Assembly: GCA_946625225.1 (NCBI GenBank)
Contig: CAMOTA010000003.1
Location: forward strand, 205 to 64,204
Direction of reading: 5' to 3'
DNA: 64,000 nucleotides
Origin: an uncultured Eggerthellaceae bacterium
GTDB taxonomy: Bacteria > Actinomycetota > Coriobacteriia > Coriobacteriales > Eggerthellaceae
The notes under the pieces are model-generated. The model was not told where the DNA came from and ran no database searches. It saw only the letters and a list, made by a program, of their open reading frames with translations. Positions 16,789 through 25,716 of this stretch are shown here, piece by piece (position 1 is the stretch's first letter; every line of letters starts with the position of its first letter). The position numbers and the translations under genes are program-made.

Positions 16789-18123
16789 TTATGGCAGGGG
16801 CAACATCGCGAGGTAAAGCGGCAGCGTCACCTTCTTGCCATGGCGGCCCACGTTGCCGTCGATGAGCTTGTAGCCGACGACTACGCCCTCCCGCCCGAGC
16901 ACGTTGTCTAGGGATGCGGTGGAGCCGCGAGAGGCTTTAACCTCGACGGGCTCGACCGCACCGCCGCGCTCGAGCAGAAACTCGATCTCGTGGTTGCCGC
17001 TTTTCGACATCCAGTAGCGCAGCGGGTCGCCGTTGGCGGCGAGCATGCATGCGACCAGGTTCTCGTAGAGCCCGCCTTTCATCGGCCCTTTCAGGGTGTT
17101 GTCCACGACTGCAGCCTTCATGCTGAAATCGTACATCGCCATGAGCAGCCCGGTGTCGTTCGCGTAGAGCCTGAAGCGGCTCCCGTCTTCGTAGGCTGCG
17201 AGCGGAAAATCGAGCGTGGAGACGGCTTGGCAGCGCAAGGCCATTTCCGATCCGACCACCCAATCGACCGCCCTGTCGAATTTCCGCGCGCTCCCGCGCT
17301 TCTCGACGACTGCGTACTGGAACTTGGTGTTCTCTTTGGCGAGCTGCCGCGGAAGCGACAGATAGCACGAGCGAGCTTTGACGCGCTGTGCGGAAGAGGC
17401 GTAGCGCGCTATGTCGTCGAGGTAGAGCGCATGGATGGCCAGCTGCTCCTCGTGGGCGGCGCCGTAATCCCACCCGTTCGAGAAGGCCTCGACCACGGCG
17501 GGCATGCCGCCCACCGCAAGGTATTCCCTCAGGAGTCGCATCATCATGTCGTGCACCGCCTGGGGAATCGGCTCGAGGGTGCTCAGATGGGACTTCAGCG
17601 AATCGAGCGCTTCGTCGTCGTAGCCTCGTGCCCAGAGGAACTCCTCGAAATCGAGGGGGCGCATCGTCACCTGTTCCTCGTAGCCCACGGGCAGAGAGGG
17701 CGTATCATCAAGCTCGCGGAATCTTACGCCGAGCAAGGACCCGGATCCGACGACGTCGCACCTGCCATCTTGCGCGAGGTATTTGAACGAGGCGCGCGCC
17801 GCCGGACATTCCTGTATCTCGTCGAAGAACAAAAGCGTCTTGCCGGGCACGATATGCGCCCCGGGGACGATCAGCGTAATGCGCGAGAGCACGCTTTCCG
17901 CCGAGAGCGGTCCGTCGAAGACGGCCCGGTACTCGGGATGCTCGACGAAGTCGAGCTTCACGTAGCTCTCGTAAGCCTCCTCGCCGAAGCGGTCGACGAT
18001 GAAGGACTTCCCCACCTGGCGCGCCCCGTTAACGAGGAGGCACTTCTTTTTATGCGATTTCTTCCATCGGGTGAGAAAATCGGTCATCTTCCTTCTGAGC
18101 ACGGCGTCCTCCTTCAAATGCAA
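16789..18123 (-). CDS. AAA-superfamily ATPase with DUF4143-type C-terminal domain
   Basis: 444 aa. 'CLLVNGARQVGKSFIV' is the P-loop. The overall pattern matches AAA_14 plus DUF4143 'ATP-binding protein' genes. An alternative start is M13 (18087). Confidence 0.75.
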   Translation of the reverse strand: MHLKEDAVLRRKMTDFLTRWKKSHKKKCLLVNGARQVGKSFIVDRFGEEAYESYVKLDFVEHPEYRAVFDGPLSAESVLSRITLIVPGAHIVPGKTLLFFDEIQECPAARASFKYLAQDGRCDVVGSGSLLGVRFRELDDTPSLPVGYEEQVTMRPLDFEEFLWARGYDDEALDSLKSHLSTLEPIPQAVHDMMMRLLREYLAVGGMPAVVEAFSNGWDYGAAHEEQLAIHALYLDDIARYASSAQRVKARSCYLSLPRQLAKENTKFQYAVVEKRGSARKFDRAVDWVVGSEMALRCQAVSTLDFPLAAYEDGSRFRLYANDTGLLMAMYDFSMKAAVVDNTLKGPMKGGLYENLVACMLAANGDPLRYWMSKSGNHEIEFLLERGGAVEPVEVKASRGSTASLDNVLGREGVVVGYKLIDGNVGRHGKKVTLPLYLAMLPLP

Positions 18124-18394
18124 CTTTTCAAGGATATTTTATGCTGATGTTTGCATCTTTTTAGAACCAATTATACCAATGATTGCATCTTTTCACGATA
18201 GCGCCCAAACCTCGTTGGCACCCCGAGAGGCAGCCAAAAGCGCTGCGAGCGCAACGACCGACCTCGTAGGTGTTTGCACGCAATGGAGATATGAGCAATG
18301 TTCCATTGCCTGAGGGGTAATGGAACATGTTGGGCACATTCGCATGACAGCATGATTGAAGGGCGAGGTCCATGCGACCCTCGCCCTTCTCGAC

Positions 18395-18427
18395 AATGAG
18401 TCGGGAGAACGTTTCTCCCGACTCATT
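18395..18427. repeat. 33-bp perfect hairpin element, copy 2
   Basis: AATGAGTCGGGAGAACGTTTCTCCCGACTCATT. Confidence 0.85.
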
Positions 18428-18443
18428 TTTCACAGCCCCATTA

Positions 18444-18504
18444 CCAGGGGTGCTTCCTTCGCCAAAAGCGCGAGTGTGTCAAGAGAAGCATCCCCCTGAC
18501 ACAC
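18444..18504 (-). repeat. REP-like element plus adjacent conserved module (inverted orientation)
   Basis: CCAGGGGTGCTTCCTTCGCCAAAAGCGCGA + GTGTGTCAAGAGAAGCATCCCCCTGACACAC; this is the reverse complement of the arrangement at 11269-11340. Confidence 0.85.
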
Positions 18505-18523
18505 GCCCCCAACCATTCTTAAC

Positions 18524-18561
18524 TTAGCAAAATGGGGCAGACATTACGGTGCCCGCCCCAT
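18524..18561 (-). terminator. Probable Rho-independent terminator after pilin copy R
   Basis: On the minus strand: ATGGGGCGG...CTGCCCCAT stem followed by TTTTGCT. Confidence 0.55.
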
Positions 18562-18588
18562 CGTTACGCCAAATAAAGCTGCGTACTA

Positions 18589-19020
18589 CTACGAGAGTGT
18601 GTAAGTCACAGAGCTCAACGCCCCATTGCTATAAGTGAACACGACCGTAGCGCTACCGGGGGTACCACCGTCTTCAACTTCAAACGGAAGCTCAGTAGCT
18701 ACCCCACTCCAGTTATTCGCTTGCTGGGATTCGATCCTCACCCCATCAACGGTGACGGTATCAGCATCTGCATCGTACACTGCGTGCGTTCCGTCATTCT
18801 GTTTTGTGATGTAAACCGTCTGCGCCTCAGCATATGCCGAGCGAATGTTTGCAATCGACGTTGCGTCGCGGGCATTCTCGAGCTGGCTTGTGAAAATCGG
18901 GATGGCGATGGCGATGAGGATCGCGATGATGGCGATGACGATGAGCATCTCCATCAGGGTGAAGCCCTTTTGGCCTTGGGCTTCGAGCGCGGCTTTGCGC
19001 TCCTTGAGCATGTCTAGCAT
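18589..19020 (-). CDS. Type IV pilin, copy R (paralogue of 10216-10665)
   Basis: 143 aa from the internal ATG. The first 43 aa are identical to copy L ('MLDMLKERKAALEAQGQKG|FTLMEMLIVIAIIAILIAIAIPIF'), then the sequence diverges ('TSQLENARDATSIANIRSAYAEAQT...'). It has the same RBS. The track ORF start at 19215 is an upstream extension. Confidence 0.9.
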   Translation of the reverse strand: MLDMLKERKAALEAQGQKGFTLMEMLIVIAIIAILIAIAIPIFTSQLENARDATSIANIRSAYAEAQTVYITKQNDGTHAVYDADADTVTVDGVRIESQQANNWSGVATELPFEVEDGGTPGSATVVFTYSNGALSSVTYTLS

Positions 19021-19049
19021 AGAAGCCTCCTTCAGTCGTAGAAGGCGAT
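18892..19049 (-). repeat. Right arm of the 158-bp inverted repeat (RBS plus first 43 codons of pilin R)
   Basis: See 10187-10344. Confidence 0.9.
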
Positions 19050-19426
19050 TTCTTTTCCCGCCCTCTGTCTTGTTTCGAATTCTACTCCAACCGAGTTTCA
19101 AAATAAACGCTGAAACGGGCCGTTTGGCGCTTCTGACGTTAACGTTTGCGTTACGTAATTCAGCGACTAAATATATCATTTTTGCAAATCTTGTAGAAGC
19201 GTTTTGCCATGTCACAAGATGTTGCGGGCAACTCGAACGCTAGCCGGAGCGTGCACGCGCGGTCGAATTTTTGGGCCACATGTCCCAACTTGCAAAGACG
19301 CCACAGATACGCAGTCTCAGGGGAGGCTGCAGCCACCGCCGCGCAATCAGGCATGCAAATGGGCGCGCGCTTCAGAGCCACCCTGTCCTTCATGCCGTGC
19401 GCTTTGCCGAATGATACACTGCCACT

Positions 19427-19849
19427 GTGGAATGCGACATGGGCGAAAGGCGGGACGTGCGAAAGAGGCTGATGGAATACCGCAAGCGCATCGACGCGTT
19501 GCTGGACGCCGACGCGCCGGGCACAGATTGGGATGCGGCCATCGAAGAGCATCTGGCGCAGACGGCGTTCTTCCAGCACGAACGGCTTATCCACCTGCTG
19601 GTAACGCTGGCGTTCGCGCTGATGGAGCTGGCAAGCGCCATTGCGGCGATGCTGGCACCCGCAGGCTCTGTGCAAGTCCTGGCAGCAGCGCTGGCCGTGC
19701 TGTTGCTGGTGCTGCTCGTGCCCTACATCGTGCACTACTACTTCCTGGAAAACGAGACCCAGAAGCTGTACGCGCAATACGACCGCATGATATCGCTGCG
19801 CGAAAGCGCCGAGCGCGGCGGGAAAACCCGGCCAGCCCCGCCCATCTAG
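19427..19849 (+). CDS. Hypothetical small membrane protein (2 predicted TM helices)
   Basis: 140 aa. It has a charged N-terminus followed by 'LIHLLVTLAFALMELASAIAAML' and 'VLAAALAVLLLVLLVPYIV'. The amino-acid composition looks protein-like, unlike the overlapping alternative ORFs. I recognise no homology. Confidence 0.45.
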   Translation: MECDMGERRDVRKRLMEYRKRIDALLDADAPGTDWDAAIEEHLAQTAFFQHERLIHLLVTLAFALMELASAIAAMLAPAGSVQVLAAALAVLLLVLLVPYIVHYYFLENETQKLYAQYDRMISLRESAERGGKTRPAPPI

Positions 19850-21519
19850 CCGATGAGCACGTCCTTGCCCGAGAATGCGAAGCCCACTTCGCGGATGCGG
19901 TCGGGCGATATGCCGCGCTCGACCAGCTGGCGAGCGTAGGCGCGCTCGGCAATCTGAGCCTTGGCGGCGGCAAGGGCTTCTTCGATGGTCTCGCCGCGGC
20001 GAGCGTTGGCCACCTTGAACTCGATGGCGAAGGCGGGGTCATCCGAGGCCAGGGGACAGAGCATAACGTCGTAGCGCCCATAGCCGCTCTCGCGATTGCT
20101 GGTTACCTCGTAGCGGCCGCGCAGCTCCACGAGCAGGCCCAGCACCAAGCCGTGGTAGAAGTTCTCGGGCGCCGATGCGCCGCGGCCCCCGCCGGCGTCG
20201 AAATGCGAGACGCAGCCCTCCAGCACGTCGAGCAGGTAGGCGTTCGCGCCCTCGAGATCGCCCGCCAACAGGCAGCGACAGAACTCGGAGTACGCAGCTG
20301 CGCCGTCGTCGAACCAGGCGCGCACCATCTTGTCGAACATGTGGCGCACCTCGCGGTTGGTCACGGCCAGCTCGGCGGTCGTGTCGCCGCAGAACTCGGC
20401 CCCGAGGACTTTCAGGTAGCCGCTTGCCACCAGCAGCGACCACACGGCGTTGGGCACGCGGCCTATCTCGCCGAAGACCACCTGCTCGTCGAAGGTCTTG
20501 GTGACGCTGCCGCCCGCTAGCAGCTGCTCGAAGTCGGCCTGGATGGAAGCATCGGTGCGCACGGCCTGCGAGACCAGCGCGTTGCCGGAGCTGTTCGCCC
20601 AGTAGGGAGCCAACCGTCCGCGCTTCAGGTAGTTAGTGACCGACCAGGGGTTGTACACGTGGTCCACCTCGCCGAAGCGAAAGCCGTCGTACCACTCGCG
20701 CACCTCGTCGCGGTTTCCGGCAAGCCCCATCTCGTCCATGGCGGCAAAGACCTCGTCTTCGGTGAATCCGAAGGCGGTCTCGTAGGCGTCCGTCGTGGTG
20801 GTGACGACCGCCAGATTGTTCAAATCGCTGAATATCGATTCGCGGCTGACGCGCGTCACCCCCGTTATCAGCCCGCGCCCGAGCGAGGGGCAGGCCTTGA
20901 AGGTGGCGTTGAACAGCGAGCGCTGGAAGGACACGGCCTCGTCCCACCAGCCGCCGGCCCAGGCCTCCTGCATGGGGGTGTCGTACTCGTCGAGAAGCAC
21001 GATGGGGCGCGTGCCATGGTGGGCTTCCAGCGCGATGCACAACTGCGCGAGACAGCCCGTGGCCGTGGCGTCGTCCATCTGGTCGGACACGCGCGCGAGG
21101 AAGGCCCGTACGCCGCTATCGACATCTGCAGAATCCATCAGATGGCGGTGCGCGCTGCACGCACCTGCCAGGGCGCGACACATCTGCGCGCGGGCCGTGG
21201 GCCAGTCGCCGCCCTTGCAGTCGGAAAAGGTGAGCGAGACCACCGGCAGCGTGCCCTGCAGCGAGCGGAAGCGCTCGTCGGCCCAGATTTCCAGCCCGCC
21301 GAACAGCTCTTCGCCGCGGCCGGCGTATTTCTTCGAGAAGAAGCATTGCAGCATGGACAGATTCAGCGTCTTGCCGAACCGCCGCGGCCTGCAGACGAGC
21401 GTGACCGCATCGCCTGCATCCCACCATTCCCGCACAAACGCCGTCTTGTCAACGTAAAAATAGCCGCCCTCGCGCACGACCGCGAAGTCCTGAACGCCTA
21501 TGTTCACCGTCCTGCCCAT
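19846..21519 (-). CDS. AAA-ATPase-like domain protein with C-terminal PD-(D/E)XK (PDDEXK_9-type) nuclease domain
   Basis: 557 aa from the internal ATG 'MGRTVNIGVQDFAVVREGGYFYVDKTAFVREWW...RPRRFGKTLNLSML', preceded by a GGGGAGG RBS. The C-terminus 'ESGYGRYDVMLCP...AFAIEFKV' is PD-(D/E)XK-like. Confidence 0.75.
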   Translation of the reverse strand: MGRTVNIGVQDFAVVREGGYFYVDKTAFVREWWDAGDAVTLVCRPRRFGKTLNLSMLQCFFSKKYAGRGEELFGGLEIWADERFRSLQGTLPVVSLTFSDCKGGDWPTARAQMCRALAGACSAHRHLMDSADVDSGVRAFLARVSDQMDDATATGCLAQLCIALEAHHGTRPIVLLDEYDTPMQEAWAGGWWDEAVSFQRSLFNATFKACPSLGRGLITGVTRVSRESIFSDLNNLAVVTTTTDAYETAFGFTEDEVFAAMDEMGLAGNRDEVREWYDGFRFGEVDHVYNPWSVTNYLKRGRLAPYWANSSGNALVSQAVRTDASIQADFEQLLAGGSVTKTFDEQVVFGEIGRVPNAVWSLLVASGYLKVLGAEFCGDTTAELAVTNREVRHMFDKMVRAWFDDGAAAYSEFCRCLLAGDLEGANAYLLDVLEGCVSHFDAGGGRGASAPENFYHGLVLGLLVELRGRYEVTSNRESGYGRYDVMLCPLASDDPAFAIEFKVANARRGETIEEALAAAKAQIAERAYARQLVERGISPDRIREVGFAFSGKDVLIG

Positions 21520-21597
21520 GTGCAGACCTCCCCGCCGCCGTTCATATGCAACGATTATACCGCGCACACGGCAAAGGCTCGCATCGCGCCAGACCGG

Positions 21598-21630
21598 AAT
21601 GAGTCGGGAGAACAGTTCTCCCGACTCATT
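21598..21630. repeat. 33-bp perfect hairpin element, copy 3 (located just after the pilC stop; possible operon terminator)
   Basis: AATGAGTCGGGAGAACAGTTCTCCCGACTCATT, 68 nt downstream of the pilC stop. There is no clear U-tract. Confidence 0.8.
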
Positions 21631-21697
21631 CTCAGCCCGGGTGGGCTGACGCAAGCTGGAATCCAACACGTGGCCAGTAGTTGCCGGGAGGACTCCC

Positions 21698-22930
21698 CTA
21701 GCCGATGGAGCCGTACATGCTGAACATGGGCAGGTACACCGACAGCAGCAGCACGAACACGATGACGGCCAAGAACACGATGATCATCGGCTCGAGCAGC
21801 GCCATGGCGCGCGCGGTGGCGGTTTCCACTTCGTTGTCGTAGTACTCCGATATTACGTTCATGGTGGATTCCAGCGAACCGGTCTGCTCGCCGACCGCGG
21901 TCATCTCGATGGCCAAGCCGGGCAACGTGCCCTCTTGTTCCAGGCACACGGCCAGCGGCTTGCCGGCTTCCAGGTCGACCACCGTGTTCAGCAGCGAATG
22001 GCCCATGTAGTAGTTGTTTATGGAGCGCGCCGTTACCTCCACGGCCTTCACGATGGGCAGGCCGGCCGACATCATCACGCTCATGGTGCCGGCGTATTCG
22101 CTGGCCGAGCTCATCAGGTTAATGCGACCGATAACGGGCGTGCGAATGCCGCCAAAGGGCAGCTCCACGCCCAGCTTCGACCACATCAGGCGAAAATCGT
22201 CGTTCTTCTTGGCCAGTTTCACGCCGACGATGGCCACGGCCACGATAACAGCCACGAGCCACCACCAGTGCACCCAGAAGTCGGACATGTCGATGACGAA
22301 CTGGGTGATGGCCGGCAGCTCAGAGCCCATCGAAGCAAACGTCTCGCGAAACACCGGCACGGCGAAGATCATGATGATGGCCACGACCACCACGGCAATG
22401 ACCATGACGAACGTCGGGTACACCATGGCGCTTTTCACCTTGGCCTTGGTGCGGCTGGTCTTTTCGTAGTAGTCCTTCAGGCGCGTGAACACGGTTTCGA
22501 GCGAACCCGATTCCTCGCCGGCGCGCACCGATTCGATGAACGTGGTGGGCAGGCCGCTGCCGTGCTTTTCCAAGCTGGACGACAAGCTGTAGCCTGCGGC
22601 CACGTCGTCGGATGCGTCGCGCAGGATTTGCGCGAGCGTCTTGTCTTCTATCTGGTCGGCCAGAAGCTGCAGCGTGCGCACGATGGGCAGGCCCGCGCGC
22701 AGCAAGATGGCAAACTGGTCGCACAGGATGGACAGCGACTTCTCCTTGGCCTTGCGCGTGCCCAGACGCAGGTCCAAATCGCGCGATGCGGCGCCGACCT
22801 CGGTAATCTTCTGCACGATAAGGTTGTTCTCGCGCAGCTGGCGCACTGCCTCTTCGCGGTTGTTGGCCTCGGCAACGCCGGTAACCTCTTCGCCGCTGAA
22901 CGACCGTGCGGTGTAGTTGAATGTTTTCAC
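21698..22930 (-). CDS. pilC: Type IV pilus / T2SS platform protein PilC (GspF family)
   Basis: 410 aa with two T2SSF repeats. Each repeat has the 'G(E/Q)xxGxLE' signature ('VRAGEESGSLETVF', 'AVGEQTGSLESTM') and the protein has 3-4 TM segments. Confidence 0.9.
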   Translation of the reverse strand: MKTFNYTARSFSGEEVTGVAEANNREEAVRQLRENNLIVQKITEVGAASRDLDLRLGTRKAKEKSLSILCDQFAILLRAGLPIVRTLQLLADQIEDKTLAQILRDASDDVAAGYSLSSSLEKHGSGLPTTFIESVRAGEESGSLETVFTRLKDYYEKTSRTKAKVKSAMVYPTFVMVIAVVVVAIIMIFAVPVFRETFASMGSELPAITQFVIDMSDFWVHWWWLVAVIVAVAIVGVKLAKKNDDFRLMWSKLGVELPFGGIRTPVIGRINLMSSASEYAGTMSVMMSAGLPIVKAVEVTARSINNYYMGHSLLNTVVDLEAGKPLAVCLEQEGTLPGLAIEMTAVGEQTGSLESTMNVISEYYDNEVETATARAMALLEPMIIVFLAVIVFVLLLSVYLPMFSMYGSIG

Positions 22931-22959
22931 GGCTCTATCCCGCGCTCCTCTTCACGATG

Positions 22960-24012
22960 CTACCTTGCGTTCCTCTTCACCAGCTCGGGGTCGCGGGCGG
23001 CCTGGATGGCAGTCTCGCGCGATATGGTGCGGGCGCGCACCATCTGCACCAGCATGTTGTCCATGGTAATGCTGCCCAAATCGGCCGTGGTGGCCAGCGT
23101 GTTTTCGATTTGCGGGGTCTTGCCTTCGCGGATGAGGTTGCGGATGGCGTGGTTCACTATCATCACCTCGCAGGCCACGGCGCGCCCCTGCCCGCCGGCG
23201 CGCGGCAGCAGCTGCTGCGACACCACGGCCTGAAGCACCATGGAAAGCTGCAGGCGAATCTGGCGCTGGCGCCCCTCGGGGAACACGTCGACCAGGCGGT
23301 CGATGGAATCGGCGGCCGATTGCGTGTGCAAGGTACCGAACACCAAGTGGCCGGTCTCGGCAGCGGTCAGCGCCGTTTCGATGGTGTCGAGGTCGCGCAT
23401 CTCGCCGATAAGGATTACATCCGGGTCCTCGCGCAGGATGGCGCGCAGGCCCTCGGCGTACGACACGGTGTCGCGCCCGATTTCGCGTTGGTCGATGGAG
23501 CACATCTCGGGCGTGTACACGTATTCGATGGGGTCTTCCAGCGTGATGATGTGGTCCGGGCGCGTCTTGTTTATCTGGTTCAGGATGGACGCGAGCGTCG
23601 TGGATTTACCGGAACCCGTTTCGCCCGTGACGATGATGATGCCCTTCTGGTACGTGGGGAAATCCAACATGACCGGCGGCAAGCCCAGCGTGCTGATGTC
23701 GGGGATGTTGTTGGAAAGCAGGCGGATGGCCAGGCAGACCGAGCGCATGGATTGGTAGATGTTCAGGCGGCAGCGGATGTGGCCGGCATAGGTGCCCGCC
23801 ATGTCCAGCTCGCCCATGTCGGCGATGCTGTCGTAGGCCTCGCCGGCCGCGTCGCGTGCGATGGCCTCGCAATCTTCGGGCGTAAGCACCTGATCGTTCA
23901 GGTCGCGGAGCTTGCCGTCGATGCGCGCGCGGATGGGCACCCCGGCGGCTATGTGAATATCGGATGCGCGGTTAGCCTCGGCCTGCTCGACAATCGTGTC
24001 CATAAGTCCCAT
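22960..24012 (-). CDS. pilT: Type IV pilus retraction ATPase PilT
   Basis: 350 aa. Walker A 'GETGSGKSTT', Asp/His boxes, and the PilT-specific 'AIRNLIREGK' motif. Confidence 0.9.
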   Translation of the reverse strand: MGLMDTIVEQAEANRASDIHIAAGVPIRARIDGKLRDLNDQVLTPEDCEAIARDAAGEAYDSIADMGELDMAGTYAGHIRCRLNIYQSMRSVCLAIRLLSNNIPDISTLGLPPVMLDFPTYQKGIIIVTGETGSGKSTTLASILNQINKTRPDHIITLEDPIEYVYTPEMCSIDQREIGRDTVSYAEGLRAILREDPDVILIGEMRDLDTIETALTAAETGHLVFGTLHTQSAADSIDRLVDVFPEGRQRQIRLQLSMVLQAVVSQQLLPRAGGQGRAVACEVMIVNHAIRNLIREGKTPQIENTLATTADLGSITMDNMLVQMVRARTISRETAIQAARDPELVKRNAR

Positions 24013-24027
24013 TGCGTTCCCCTTGCC

Positions 24028-25716
24028 CTAGTCGGTGGTATAGATGGTGCGGCTTACTTCATCGGCCGTGGTGATGCCCTTCAACACCAGGTCGCGTGCG
24101 TTTTCGATGACCGGTTGGAAACCCGATTCGCGCACGGCCGCCATAAGCTGGTCGCGCGGAAGCTCGCGGTGCACGGCTTCGCTGATGGCGCGATTGATGA
24201 TAAGCGACTCCGCCACGACAATGCGCCCGCGGTACCCGCTGTTGAAACATTCCGAACAGCCCTCGCCACGGAAGAACTGCACATCGGGCGTGTTGGGATT
24301 CATGCCGAGCGCGCGCATTTCCTCGGGCTCGGGCGTGTAGGGCTGGCGGCAGTGCGGGCAAATGCGGCGCACCAGGCGCTGCGAGATTACGCCCTTCAGC
24401 GCCGTGGCCAGCATATACGGCTCGATGCCCATGTCGGCCAGGCGGTCCAGCGTGGAAACGGCGTCGCCCGTGTGCAACGTGGACAACACCAAGTGGCCCG
24501 TGACGGCGGCGCGCATGGCAATCTCGGCCGTTTCGTTATCGCGAATCTCGCCGACCGAAACGATGTCGGGGTCTTGGCGCAGGATGGAGCGCAAGCCGCT
24601 GGCGAAGGTCATGCCGGTCTTCTCGTTCACCTGAACCTGGTTCACGCCTTCCACGTTGTATTCCACCGGGTCTTCCAGGGTGACGATGTTCACCTCTTCG
24701 GTGTTCAGGCGGTTGATGATGGTGAACAGCGTGGACGACTTGCCCGACCCCGTGGGGCCTACGACCAGGATAACGCCTTGCGTGTTGTGGATGAGCTGGT
24801 TGTACACATCCAGGTTGGTGCCGTAGAAGCCCAGCTCTTCGGGCGTGGACTGCTTGGCTTCGCGGTCGAGGATTCGCATGACTATCTTTTCGCCATGCAC
24901 GGTGGGCAGCGTGGAGGTGCGCAGGTCGGCCTCGTGCATGCGGATGCGCACGATGGCGCGGCCGTCCTGCGGCACGCGGCGCTCGGTAACGTCCATGTTG
25001 CACATAATCTTGATGCGGCTCGTAACCGATTGCTGCAGCTCCTTGGGAATGGTCAGCGTGTTGTGCAGCAAGCCGTCCACGCGCATGCGCACGTTCACGA
25101 TGTCTTCCTGCGGTTCGATGTGGATGTCGGACGCCTTGTCGGAGATGCCGCGTTCGATGATGCTGTCGACCAGGCGGATGGAAGGCGCCGCGCCTTCGGC
25201 ATCGCCCACCTCGCTTATCTGCGTGCCCACGTAGTCCACGGACTGGCCGGTTTCCTGTTGCATCTCGCGAATGGCGCGCTTGGCGCCCTCGGTGCCGTAC
25301 AGGGCCGATATGGCATGATCGATGCCGCTTTGCGTGGATATGACCGGCACGACGCGGCGGTGCGTGGCGGCGCGCACTTCCTCGGTGGCGATGAAGTTCA
25401 GGGGGTCGGCCATGGCCAGGTACAGCTCGTCGCCGCGCGTGCGCACGGGCACGACCGAGTATTTCTTGGCAATGTTCTTGGAAAGCACCTGCGCCATTTC
25501 GGGAGCGATTTCGGTCTCGGCAAGGTCCACGTAGTCGATGCCCAGCTGCATCATAAGCGCATCGATAAGCTGGCGTTCGGTGATAACGCCCGTTTGGATA
25601 AGCTCGTCGCCCAAACGGCGCTTGCTTTCCTTCTGGGACTTCAGCGCCGCGCCCAGCTGATCGTCGCTGATAACGCCGGCATCGACCAGAAGGTCGCCTA
25701 GTCGCATGTATTTCAT
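24028..25716 (-). CDS. pilB: Type IV pilus assembly ATPase PilB (GspE family) with N-terminal MshEN-type domain
   Basis: 562 aa. The N-terminus carries two tandem copies of 'RLGxxLhxxGhIxxxxLxxALxxQ'. Walker A is 'GPTGSGKSST'. The tetracysteine 'CPHC...CSEC' Zn motif is present. Confidence 0.9.
   Translation of the reverse strand: MKYMRLGDLLVDAGVISDDQLGAALKSQKESKRRLGDELIQTGVITERQLIDALMMQLGIDYVDLAETEIAPEMAQVLSKNIAKKYSVVPVRTRGDELYLAMADPLNFIATEEVRAATHRRVVPVISTQSGIDHAISALYGTEGAKRAIREMQQETGQSVDYVGTQISEVGDAEGAAPSIRLVDSIIERGISDKASDIHIEPQEDIVNVRMRVDGLLHNTLTIPKELQQSVTSRIKIMCNMDVTERRVPQDGRAIVRIRMHEADLRTSTLPTVHGEKIVMRILDREAKQSTPEELGFYGTNLDVYNQLIHNTQGVILVVGPTGSGKSSTLFTIINRLNTEEVNIVTLEDPVEYNVEGVNQVQVNEKTGMTFASGLRSILRQDPDIVSVGEIRDNETAEIAMRAAVTGHLVLSTLHTGDAVSTLDRLADMGIEPYMLATALKGVISQRLVRRICPHCRQPYTPEPEEMRALGMNPNTPDVQFFRGEGCSECFNSGYRGRIVVAESLIINRAISEAVHRELPRDQLMAAVRESGFQPVIENARDLVLKGITTADEVSRTIYTTD

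Noticed and set aside
19204-20520. 438-aa plus-strand ORF and 205-aa minus-strand ORF around 19.2-20.5 kb
   Set aside because: They overlap the well-supported AAA-ATPase-like/PD-(D/E)XK gene and the small membrane-protein ORF. Their composition is Arg/Ala/Gly-rich and no motifs are present.
22921-25701. 926-aa plus-strand ORF
   Set aside because: It lies antisense to pilT and pilB, both of which have unambiguous ATPase motifs. Its composition is typical of a GC-rich antisense frame. It has no recognisable domain.
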